Of a stretch of 55,722 nt of DNA, positions 9,001-15,861 are shown piece after piece; position 1 is the stretch's first letter; each line of letters starts with the position of its first letter. Both the position numbers and the translations under genes were made by a program. The notes beneath the pieces were generated by a model. That model was not told where the DNA came from and made no database searches. It worked only from the letters and a program-made list of their open reading frames with translations. Source of the stretch: a virus (lineage: Duplodnaviria > Caudoviricetes); the IMG/VR virus record IMGVR_UViG_3300025065_000003, positions 1-55,722 of that record; one strand, written 5' to 3'.

Positions 9001-11877
9001 TTCGGCAAAGCCTGCTTGGCGCACTTCGTTAGCCAGTAATTCGCGTTGATTGTCGTTGGTCGGCTTCACGCGCTGGAAAACACCGACGGCGGCAAGCTGC
9101 TGGTCGGGGTCGGCAAAAGAACGACCGATAACCGCGCCGTCCTTCTCAGTGATTACCTTGTTAAGCACCGCACCAAACGGCTCAGTGTCCAGTTTGGCAA
9201 TGTCGGCACCGTCGCGCACAAGCTGAGTACGCGGCAGGTTGCTCTCGCGTATCACCGTATCGATATCGCCTTCGCTATTGCGGAACACCTTGGCGGCATC
9301 CATTGCGGTGGCGCTACCTGCAGCAATGTTCGCCTCAGCGGCAGCGCGGCGCGCATCCTCAACGGTAACGCCATCGGCTTCACGCAGCACAATCGCGTTC
9401 ACGTCTGGCTGTTGTAGCTGGCGAGCTAGGTTAATGCGGTGGTGGCCATCAGCTGCGTACACGCTGCCATCGGTGCGCTCATGCAGAATTAGGTTGCCCG
9501 CACGCAAGTCATCCCATTTCTCGATGCCTTCAAGGCGGCTATCTACGCCTTGCTCATTCACCTCTGTACGGAACTGATAGGCTTCGGGGTCTACTTGAAT
9601 GCTCTCAACGGGTACGCGACGCGGTGTTTTTGTGTCTGGGTCTGCAGAAGGCTGATCGGGGGCAATGGCAGGAGTCGCTTCTTCTGCCATCTCCCTATTG
9701 GCTGTAGGCACATTGCCGAAAGGCAGCTCCATAGCGCCTTTACTAACCCACTGCTTCAGGTTTTCAACGGACGTTTCAGAAATATCACCCAGCCCCTGCC
9801 AACCGTCTTCATAATTATCTAGGTAACCTTGGCGTGCCTGCTCTAATGAATCAAAGCCAAGTAGCACCTTGTGCTCATCAAAGGTGCCATCAGGGTTGAT
9901 TTGATCAACTACATAGGCACGCTGGGAGCTAGGGTTATCACCTACAAAAACATCGAGATTGTCGCCGTCTGCCGCCTTCGTGCCCTTAATATCACCATAG
10001 TGGTGTGCCATCAGGCTTTCCCACTGAGCACCTTCTGGTGTGGTACCACGACGTGTTGAGCCTTTAGGGTTCTCGATGGCAATATCAAATCCGTTTAGCC
10101 TTATGCGCCCCTTTCGATAGTTGCCCGCCTCGGCTTGAGCGGGGGTAGGCTCGGTGTTTGTCTCGCGGGCTGCTTGTTCAATTTGCGTAGCAGAATCTTG
10201 CAGCTGTAAGCCACCTGCTTGCGCTGCGTCGTCGCCGTTAATCGTGATTGTGGTATCGGGAAGATCAGCATTAGGGTCGTAGTCTGCAATGCCGTCTTGT
10301 GCGGCTTGCTCGCGCCATGCTTCCTCCCAACGGCGCTGGGCATCCATATCCAGGCCTGCTGCTTGCTCTTGAGTGCCATCATTATTGTCAGTGCTATTTA
10401 AGCGATCCATTACTCGAGCGAAGCGCTCAGAGACGCTTTGTAGCTGCTCACGAACAGGCATTAAAGCATCGCTATCGTTGCGGGACCGCGCCATAGTTTC
10501 AGCCTCAAGTGCGGCGGATATCTCGCTACTAATGGCGTCCATTTCAGCAACGGCATCGTTATCGCCACGCTCCTCAGCAGTAGTGCGCAGGGCTTTAAAG
10601 GCGTCACCGTAGCTGATGGAGTCACGCACCTCGCGCTCGGCGGATGACAACTCAAAGCGGGGTCTGGCGATTAATTCGGCGGCGGTACCGACAGCCTCAG
10701 CATTGGCGGTTTCGGCTTCTGGAGTCAGCGCCTCCTCTGGAGCGGGGGAAGATTGCTCAGTAGGGGATTCGCTAGGCTCTGGCTGCTCACTTCCCTGCTG
10801 ATTATTTCCGCGCAACTCCATGGCGGCGGTACCAGCTCGCACAGCGCCCCCGGTGGGGCCGCCAACAATCACGCCACCTGCCGCACGGCGCGCAGCGGTT
10901 GTGGCATTCCAGCCTGTCTCTGTGCCCACAGACTCCCCAGCGTACTCAATACCGCCTTCTTGAATCGCCTCAGTCACACTTTCTGTAACGGCGGCGCGAC
11001 CAACAGCCCCGGGTATTTGTCGTGCGCTAGTTACCGCATTTCCACTACCTGGGAGTAATCGGCCAAGAGCAAAGCGGTCCAACAGCACGGAAGCAGCGGC
11101 GGTAGGCCCGGACACAGCATAGTCGCGACCTTCCGGCATTCCTTCGCGGTTGTCGTTCTCAACACGGCCTTCGCCTACCTCCTGTGTTCGCGCCGCCAGG
11201 TAGGCAGGCAGGCTTACCACTAGGCCTGCCATATCGGCCAGTGCTGCTGGCCCTTGCTCGGCAGCAGCGCCCGCGATGGTTCTAATGCTTGGCTCATCAA
11301 GGGCGCGGTCAATCGTGTAGTTAGGCTGGTAGCCTAGGCTAATGTCTTCAACCGCCTGCCCAGTGTCGATAAGCCCGGTGCTGGTATCCTCTGGCTTGGC
11401 GCGCATCGTGAAGTCTAGGCCAAAGCCGCCTAGCGCCACATCCGGTTCGTAGCCCCGCTCGCGCATCTCATCAACGCTGCCGCCAATTACACCTGGGTTA
11501 ATGCCTCCAAGCGCGTCGGTAATCGCCTTTTCTCCCCTGTCCGCTACGTTGCCGACGAACTGCAGCGCGTTACCTGCTAGATCAAGTCCGCGTTCGCCAG
11601 CGTTGCGCAAGGCATTGCTGGCTAAGCCGGGCGCTTCAGGCTGGCCCTCGTCAGTGCTGGGCTGATTTTCGCGCTCACCAAACACGTCAGATGCCGTACG
11701 GGTAAAGAACTGGCCTTGCACATCTTCGCGCAGCGATGCTGGCGTATTGGGCTCAATGACGCGGCGGTAGAACTCGCCTCGCACGCGTTGTTTGGTCTGC
11801 CAGTCAGCGGCCTTAAAGTCTGGATCGTTGGCGATGTCTGTCCATCTAGGGGGAGTTTGATTATTGGCGGCGTTCAC
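3052..11877 (-). CDS. Giant polyvalent virion/ejection protein (InPase-like, ParB-like, zincin metallopeptidase, ADP-ribosyltransferase and LPD38-like C-terminal domains)
   Basis: GNYRKG..IENPKGS..HYGDIKGT..DGDNLDVF..DEHK (InPase, ~9735-10140); ADGHHR (ParB-like, ~9440); HEAVGH (6931-6948); FYHGT..GVY..GFDGV..EIVLF (ART, ~5850-6260); IPLPYG/SFSP region (LPD38-like). GTG at 11877 follows AAGGAG. Confidence 0.88.
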   Translation of the reverse strand: MNAANNQTPPRWTDIANDPDFKAADWQTKQRVRGEFYRRVIEPNTPASLREDVQGQFFTRTASDVFGERENQPSTDEGQPEAPGLASNALRNAGERGLDLAGNALQFVGNVADRGEKAITDALGGINPGVIGGSVDEMRERGYEPDVALGGFGLDFTMRAKPEDTSTGLIDTGQAVEDISLGYQPNYTIDRALDEPSIRTIAGAAAEQGPAALADMAGLVVSLPAYLAARTQEVGEGRVENDNREGMPEGRDYAVSGPTAAASVLLDRFALGRLLPGSGNAVTSARQIPGAVGRAAVTESVTEAIQEGGIEYAGESVGTETGWNATTAARRAAGGVIVGGPTGGAVRAGTAAMELRGNNQQGSEQPEPSESPTEQSSPAPEEALTPEAETANAEAVGTAAELIARPRFELSSAEREVRDSISYGDAFKALRTTAEERGDNDAVAEMDAISSEISAALEAETMARSRNDSDALMPVREQLQSVSERFARVMDRLNSTDNNDGTQEQAAGLDMDAQRRWEEAWREQAAQDGIADYDPNADLPDTTITINGDDAAQAGGLQLQDSATQIEQAARETNTEPTPAQAEAGNYRKGRIRLNGFDIAIENPKGSTRRGTTPEGAQWESLMAHHYGDIKGTKAADGDNLDVFVGDNPSSQRAYVVDQINPDGTFDEHKVLLGFDSLEQARQGYLDNYEDGWQGLGDISETSVENLKQWVSKGAMELPFGNVPTANREMAEEATPAIAPDQPSADPDTKTPRRVPVESIQVDPEAYQFRTEVNEQGVDSRLEGIEKWDDLRAGNLILHERTDGSVYAADGHHRINLARQLQQPDVNAIVLREADGVTVEDARRAAAEANIAAGSATAMDAAKVFRNSEGDIDTVIRESNLPRTQLVRDGADIAKLDTEPFGAVLNKVITEKDGAVIGRSFADPDQQLAAVGVFQRVKPTNDNQRELLANEVRQAGFAESQGEQGGLFGDDPAESLIGERVKVMDNLRQTLVRDKRLFATLNDNAQTAEQAGNRIAKDRNNALQETSADAIALLERATTTPEINQQINDAARRVKDGETLASVTRELKEALLNGPNSTAASEGRTPAPSSGQANQAGQDAGRSEPVPAVNDARTARAGEQRPRTRAGAQAEPAVTLKADGKPFQTRKAVELSKRFRDTPNAQPVEVEGGWGFAVQDAAQGDADAAITEQQTSQPSSIAWRRRSNGSRVWEGSDGTVIADHSMGSGGSRIPMFMVFADKKAYDQGNNFTTGKTLTEAKQLALSAERPDALSDSQPASERQASDIAQERTPDEIRSELNRVMEPIEQRYAEALKNADPNDQLSVLDFATDAEQARRHELILSLPSAAQERAQARERIIERRTAQRQAARQQEPLLETQTEESLAQREQQVQQAEQAEADQRIQEALRAQADREAGDFVLSGSNRPNDIAESRGQNDIFSTPSSSEPITQATSPVSKQRKPKKLTPRQQLVSDAFGGAMVGDTIKLATDVGYAKAGDSYTVDSINKDGTLQATSEERGSSVLISQGEWTQASRRGQGPVAEVLSGTDQTEASTEQDALFSTQPETASRQPNDVPSAADITAALAETPELSNTRIIQSTKELPPEALLGMMLRGVNPRDVRGMFIGEELYVVADNVASIEEGVQTAVHEAVGHKGIRGVLGAELEPVMRQVYNSLPLDPRGREALNEVLESYPFLDQSNPEHQITIAEEMVAHLTEKGWQPNVLRRAVAKIRELLRRYFPSMNWTDADVMQLSERSREYLRRQQQASDSDAPLFSLNNRSSESTAWQRAEAKGLDMSQEGRMQRARDMGYIASIDEAIAAEMNDDGQITFRERAERTGSDVSGSLSEVPTGPGDGFRGDLRNDRGSNEAGLSRGVPQNFYHGTAEDISAFEIGHWSQKDAGWLGQGVYVIDNPDFASSYSNMKSGMAEPNVMPLFIKPSSLLRVPVDKKKSMMNATPEDSRALTEKLRSMGFDGVVTQLKDRDGSQEIVLFNTEDIRSAQAAFDPDGVDSNDLLFSLSSPPGGDYANDSTNFALPDESLSQTALRKMADKMNRLKVTQEAIKKAGGNINEDNDVYLAEELFHGKTERDLNELSRNYVEKLAKGMAARGIQQEELDAYLYARHAPERNARIAERNPNDPKYADGGSGMTNAEAAAIMQEAESSGKKLRLERLAAIVDDMLAHRREIIREGGLETDEVLDAWDASYDYYVPLKGWANDEDVPVGQDGSGRMRSGRGYEIGGRETKTALGRLSKAASPSTQAIVDTTESVIRKRKNEVGNALLSLITDNPNPDLWQVFTNNDPDTQRTQVERTNPDGTKRIEVEERSVAMEMNERYFKTKKAGRTYYIKINDQRLLNAMRNVGPEQNNLLVRTAAAGTRALSAMMTSYNPEFMLSNFTRDVQTALLNVAAEQTRDDGKIKGQKIARQTARDIPRAMKAAYRGLADPDASRNTEWDRWFDEFIEDGAKTGYFDMKDLAGQAKEIKSIIGRENGGTMGNMLKAKKTVADFVENMNGSVENAVRLSAYVNARRAGISRKKAASLAKNLTVNFNRRGEAGTALNAAYMFANASIQGTMNVARTMATVKDTPVGGNRMNIWGRMNAAQKLAVGMAVGSYAMAMFNRMMSDEDDDGELFYDKIPGHVKERNLIIMTGGKDYVRIPLPYGYNVFSNIGTHAESVMSGKSSLTEAGKDMTLAILGSFSPIGFQDSEDTSNLVMKNLTPTLLGSVTQVAVNEDFAGRVIFKDNFPSGTPKPDSSLAFRSTPSAYQSFAQFINELTGGSEYRSGGIDVSPDVLQHVVNYYGGGAWSFTEKVADSIKRTATGETIDAHRIPFVGRFKSEVNEYGDIQTFYERRTEVGQLHEEFINLPREEARSFYDEHGGKIALFDMAKDLEKTLRELRKVRDAIEADERLTSAERDEQLDEIEDAMDSEVDFFNLLYNQAEGTVQSEK
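6228..6422 (-). CDS. Putative overprinted (+1 frame) small protein nested in the giant gene, just upstream of the ART core
   Basis: GGAG RBS then ATGATG; 64-aa helical, globular-looking sequence; the host frame here is a G/R/S/D-rich linker using AGA/CGA/GGA codons. Confidence 0.6.
   Translation of the reverse strand: MMTGKLPSEKERKELEAMFRDLSQKYPPDQVTDFEAIYGMTEEAMKRDYPEEYRRISTTEQLKT
8475..8660 (-). CDS. Putative overprinted (+1 frame) small protein nested in the giant gene, after the ParB-like region
   Basis: AAAGAGG RBS then ATG; 61-aa helical sequence with genome-typical CAG/AAG/GAG/CTG codons; the host frame is a low-complexity linker. Confidence 0.6.
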   Translation of the reverse strand: MALTAQQRAKDVHQHLAADRLIKQGKTLEEVNQYLQSTTHEQRVQENNAHALEQERKQSQR

Positions 11878-11894
11878 ACGCGGCTCCTTCAAGG

Positions 11895-13157
11895 CTAGAA
11901 ATATTTGTTCAAGATGGCAGCAGCAGGATCTTCGTCAGTTTCTTCGTCAGGTGCTGGGCCAGGCCTTAAGCCGCGCTCACGTTCAGGCTGTGGCTGTGGC
12001 TGTGGAGAGGCGCTCGGGGCAGGCGTTCGCTGACCGGCTGGCTCGGCGCTTCTATTAAAGGCCTGCTGCTCAAGGTTGGGTATGCGCTCCTGAATAGCCG
12101 CCGCTCTTTGCTCGTAGCGCTGAAGGTCCTCTTCGCTCAATCGGTTCCGAGCGACAGGGTCATTAAGTACGCTCATAATGCTTTCTAGCTGATTAAGCTC
12201 GTAGTCCAGTTCGTCACGAGCATTAGCTGCAGGGTTATTTTGCCCAGCTCGGGCGCGCACCGCCTCGTAGGCTTCTGCAAACGTGCCGTAAACGCCACGG
12301 TCAACCAGCGCCTGCGCTTCCTGAATGCGGCTTGGCGTGCTGCCGCTGCCACCGCTTGAGGCACGTGGCGCACGCCCTAGCACCTGCTTAGTTTCACCAG
12401 TCACCGTATTCCGCTGCAGGATAGAGCCGCCCGGCCCTTGCACTTGCTCCCAGCGTTCGTTGCTATCACCACGCAATAGGCCAAGCACTTGAGTTGCCCG
12501 CTGCTGGGCTTCTGGCGTGCGCATGGTGTTGCGTAGTAAGCGCATACCTTGCACCTGCTCCACCAGCGCTTCCACCGGCACGTATTTCACCAGGTCATCG
12601 TCAGCGGTACCGCGCCCTTCGGTCATCGGTGCGCGGTAGGTGTTGCCGTCTTCACCTACCACCTCTAGCTCAAGCGCAACACTTTGGCCGTCGGGTGCCG
12701 GATACATGCCCACCACACGTTTTTGCCCACCCTCGCCGCGGTTAATCTCAGCGCCAAACATTTGATTTAGCGCTGCCAGGCTTTCGGGGTCGTTGGCGTC
12801 GACAGTGGTATTAGGGTCGATCACTGCCATAGCCTGATTGATCGACGCGTCTGTCTGCGGGTCTAACGCGGCCCAAAACTTCGGGTACCGGCGCAGGGTT
12901 TCCAGCTCGTCCTCAGCCACGTCCATGCCCGAGCCGATCTTGCCGAGCGTGAACTGTATCTCTTCCATGTCGCGCTGACGCTGCGCATCTTCCTGTTGGG
13001 CGCTGAACTGTTGCTTCTGCATATCGAAGCGCTCCGCCTGCATCGCATCCTGCTTTTCAGCGCGTTCGTTCTGGAATTGCTGTTGCTGATACTGGTTCAT
13101 CAGCCCAAAGCCTTGCGCAAAGCCACTGACTAAGCCGCGCGTATCTAATCCCGCCAT
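11895..13157 (-). CDS. Putative DNA ejection (internal virion) protein
   Basis: 420 aa; N-terminal GLVSGFAQGFG then a Q-rich coiled coil; position between the small ejection proteins and the giant protein. Confidence 0.7.
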   Translation of the reverse strand: MAGLDTRGLVSGFAQGFGLMNQYQQQQFQNERAEKQDAMQAERFDMQKQQFSAQQEDAQRQRDMEEIQFTLGKIGSGMDVAEDELETLRRYPKFWAALDPQTDASINQAMAVIDPNTTVDANDPESLAALNQMFGAEINRGEGGQKRVVGMYPAPDGQSVALELEVVGEDGNTYRAPMTEGRGTADDDLVKYVPVEALVEQVQGMRLLRNTMRTPEAQQRATQVLGLLRGDSNERWEQVQGPGGSILQRNTVTGETKQVLGRAPRASSGGSGSTPSRIQEAQALVDRGVYGTFAEAYEAVRARAGQNNPAANARDELDYELNQLESIMSVLNDPVARNRLSEEDLQRYEQRAAAIQERIPNLEQQAFNRSAEPAGQRTPAPSASPQPQPQPERERGLRPGPAPDEETDEDPAAAILNKYF

Positions 13158-13166
13158 GGTGACCTC

Positions 13167-13427
13167 CTAGAAAATTGAGCTAGCCAGCAGGCCAATACCC
13201 GCGCCAATGGCCATGCCCATGGGGCCGCCTACTGAGCCTATCTTGGCCCCTGCCATCGCCCCCATACCTGCCCCCATGCCAACCGCCTGCATTTTCTGAG
13301 TCCTTTCGGCCTGCTTCATTTGGTCTTCCTGCATTTTGGCCTGACGCTGCTGACCTGCGAGGTCGCCTAACCCCTGCATGGCCTGGCCTTCCATTTTTTG
13401 ACGCAGCCCTAGTAACCCGTAGCTCAT
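13167..13427 (-). CDS. Small glycine-zipper virion/ejection protein
   Basis: C-terminal GMGAGMGAMAG..GAGIGLLA membrane-active motif; lies in the ejection cluster. Confidence 0.7.
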   Translation of the reverse strand: MSYGLLGLRQKMEGQAMQGLGDLAGQQRQAKMQEDQMKQAERTQKMQAVGMGAGMGAMAGAKIGSVGGPMGMAIGAGIGLLASSIF

Positions 13428-13900
13428 TGGTTCATCACTCTGTCTGGAATATTGGAAAGGCCCATGCCGCCGGCGAGAATTGCTTGTTGTCGATCCTGGG
13501 CAGAGATGCGCGCCTCGTTGCCTGCGCTCACCATTGACGCGCTGCGCTCTATCTGGGTGCGGCGCTCCTCGGCGGCTTGTTGCTGAGGCGTTTGGCTTAT
13601 GCCGTACCCTTGGCGCTGCTGGGCAAGCCCTTGCTGGCTACTGTCGAACGCCAAGCCCACCGCGTTACTAGCATTAGCAGCGGCAGTGCCTGGGGCATTG
13701 TTATCTTGAGCCACGCGGGCCAGCTCATCGACGTAGGGAGCAAAGCGGTTTTTCCAGTCTGCCCATTGCGCGCGGTTAAGCTGGCCAAGTAGCTGAGAAG
13801 CGCCCTGGTCACCGCGCATGGCTTGGCCTGGGTCTACTCGCTGTTGCGCAGTTTCAGAAGGGGCGTAGTTAATTTGCCCTAGCGTGGGTTGGTATTGCAT
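13424..13900 (-). CDS. Putative ejection protein (Q/A-rich)
   Basis: 158 aa, AGGAGG RBS, ATGA coupling. Confidence 0.65.
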   Translation of the reverse strand: MQYQPTLGQINYAPSETAQQRVDPGQAMRGDQGASQLLGQLNRAQWADWKNRFAPYVDELARVAQDNNAPGTAAANASNAVGLAFDSSQQGLAQQRQGYGISQTPQQQAAEERRTQIERSASMVSAGNEARISAQDRQQAILAGGMGLSNIPDRVMNQ

Positions 13901-13909
13901 GGTGCCTCC

Positions 13910-14560
13910 TTACCCATTCCACAATTGGTTAGACACGTCGATAGCGGTCTGGCTAATGCCGCCATCCATACCTAATCCAGAATTGGGGGCACTTAACTTA
14001 TCTAGGCCGTAAGCAGTACCAGCGCCCGCCACTTGTCCGAGTAGCTGCAAGTTGGCGCTGCGGCGGTTAAACCGATTCGCAGCGGCTTGCTGGGCATCGG
14101 CTGCAGACTGACTAGCAATGCTCGATAAGCCTTGCTGTGCCTGCCCCGCTTGGCCCTGACCAATGGCAACGATATTTTGAAGGCCGCGCACCTGCTGGCT
14201 CTCTTGCTCAAACTGAGCGCGCCCGAGGGTTTCGCCGCCTGCGCTGGCACCGCCTAGCGCGATGCCGCTCATAGCAGACTGCGCCCGACCGCTAGAGGGA
14301 TCGATACCGGCCTGGCTTAACTGCAAACCTGCTTGGTTGCTTGCCTCGCTTACGGCCTGCTGCTGGCTTTGTAGTGTGCGGCCAGCGATATAGCTCATAT
14401 TGGCGTCGCTGGTCATATCACCTACGGATTCCATGTAAGCGTTTTCAAGCGGTGCCAGCTTCTCTTGAGCGAAGTTCCACTTTTCGGCGGCTACTTGGGC
14501 AAGCTGGCGTTGTTCGGGCGTGTCTTTAACTGTGGTATCGCCGCCACCACCGCCGCTCAT
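13910..14560 (-). CDS. Putative ejection protein (P22 gp7-like position)
   Basis: MSGGGGG start, Q/A/G-rich body, hydrophobic GAGTAYG near the C-terminus. Confidence 0.7.
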   Translation of the reverse strand: MSGGGGGDTTVKDTPEQRQLAQVAAEKWNFAQEKLAPLENAYMESVGDMTSDANMSYIAGRTLQSQQQAVSEASNQAGLQLSQAGIDPSSGRAQSAMSGIALGGASAGGETLGRAQFEQESQQVRGLQNIVAIGQGQAGQAQQGLSSIASQSAADAQQAAANRFNRRSANLQLLGQVAGAGTAYGLDKLSAPNSGLGMDGGISQTAIDVSNQLWNG

Positions 14561-15069
14561 AGGTCATCACCATTTAGCGATTCATCGACATCTTGCTGGC
14601 ACTCTTCGTCTTGCGTGGGGTCGAGTCCAGTCAAGTAGTCATCAAGGCCGTCTTCATGGAAATGGTCACGAATCGACAGGCTGACTTTGTTCATCCAGTC
14701 GTAACCACCTATCAGATAGGCGCACTGCGTCACTACTGCGGTAAGCTGGTCACGCAGTACAAAGGCAAGGGTTTTGTAATGGCGGCTGTCAGAGCGCTCA
14801 AGGTATGCGCTATCACGCCAGTCTTGTAGTGCACTGGCCATCAGCGGGCGTAGGTAAGGTTCATGCTCTCGGTAAAACGGGTTAGCGGGCAACTCAATTA
14901 GCGCTTCCCAGAACGTGCGGATCAGCGTTGTATCGGCTACTGGGTTATCTTTATCAACGAGGTCGTCGAGGGTTTGAGAAATACGGAACAGCATCTCGCA
15001 AAATTGCGCAGCCGCTTCGTTATTGCGGAGTACGCCACGTAAAAACGTAGCTTCATTCTGGCGGGGCAT
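14557..15069 (-). CDS. Helical phage protein with a DDxxD motif
   Basis: ISQTLDDLVDKD; translationally coupled to the first ejection gene. Confidence 0.7.
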   Translation of the reverse strand: MPRQNEATFLRGVLRNNEAAAQFCEMLFRISQTLDDLVDKDNPVADTTLIRTFWEALIELPANPFYREHEPYLRPLMASALQDWRDSAYLERSDSRHYKTLAFVLRDQLTAVVTQCAYLIGGYDWMNKVSLSIRDHFHEDGLDDYLTGLDPTQDEECQQDVDESLNGDDL

Positions 15070-15113
15070 GCAGCACCTCACGGTGGGGCAATTTAAAGGG
15101 TTATTGTAGCAGT

Positions 15114-15482
15114 TTACGGTGCTACTAACTGACGCTGCAGCCTGTCAGCGATGCGATGCATCTCGGCAGCAGTCTGAGCTTCACGGATTTCTTTTTTAGC
15201 TTTGATTCGTAGTAACTCCATTTGACTGATACGTTGCTGTCGTTCGTTATGCTGTATGAGCACGCTGTCGATTAGCTCATTTATGGGTTTATCGAGTAGC
15301 GCGGCTTCCGCTTCCAGCAGTTCACCTCCTCCTGCAACCGCCTCCTCTACTTTCTGTCGATAGATCAACTCCTGTGAGGCGTTTGTGTGTCTCGCTACTG
15401 CAATTGCATGGTCAACCAACGTTAAATGATGCTGCTCAGCAAGCTCGCGGTTGGCGTAAGTAGAAGCTTTCAAATTAGCCAA
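15114..15482 (-). CDS. Tail fibre-associated hypothetical protein
   Basis: 122 aa helical; directly downstream of the fibre accessory gene. Confidence 0.65.
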   Translation of the reverse strand: MANLKASTYANRELAEQHHLTLVDHAIAVARHTNASQELIYRQKVEEAVAGGGELLEAEAALLDKPINELIDSVLIQHNERQQRISQMELLRIKAKKEIREAQTAAEMHRIADRLQRQLVAP

Positions 15483-15849
15483 CAGTCACCTCCTCTGTGT
15501 AGTCTAAATATTCAACTAGACCACTTAGCCGGATTTGATATGTACCTGGCACGTCATAGCTTATCGACAAAGGCTCAGAATCGGTCACTGTACTAAATCC
15601 ATTTGTTTCAACGGTTAGACCATTTGGAAGCCCCGTAATTTCAACGACAAAGCCATCTACAGACATCTGATAAGCTAGTGGTTCTTTGGCTCTTACTTGC
15701 TTATCAGTCATATCAACAAAATGCGTCACTGGCGAAACATCCTCGGGTGCGATTGAATAGTCGCCAGATTGCGCATCCGCGTAGCGTTGACTTGGCGCGT
15801 CAAAAATCAGCGTAATTCCGCCCTTATCATCATAAAAAGCGAATCGCAT
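15475..15849 (-). CDS. Tail fibre-associated hypothetical protein
   Basis: 124 aa beta-rich; AAGGAG RBS; follows the long fibre gene. Confidence 0.65.
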   Translation of the reverse strand: MRFAFYDDKGGITLIFDAPSQRYADAQSGDYSIAPEDVSPVTHFVDMTDKQVRAKEPLAYQMSVDGFVVEITGLPNGLTVETNGFSTVTDSEPLSISYDVPGTYQIRLSGLVEYLDYTEEVTVG

Positions 15850-15861
15850 CTCGTCTCCTTG

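Noticed and set aside
10101-10382. 93-aa +1-frame ORF in the giant gene as a third nested gene
   Set aside because: No RBS, shadow-frame composition, and the main frame keeps normal codon usage
13167-13427. Bacteriocin interpretation of the glycine-zipper protein
   Set aside because: It is translationally coupled within the ejection-protein cluster, with no transporter or immunity gene nearby
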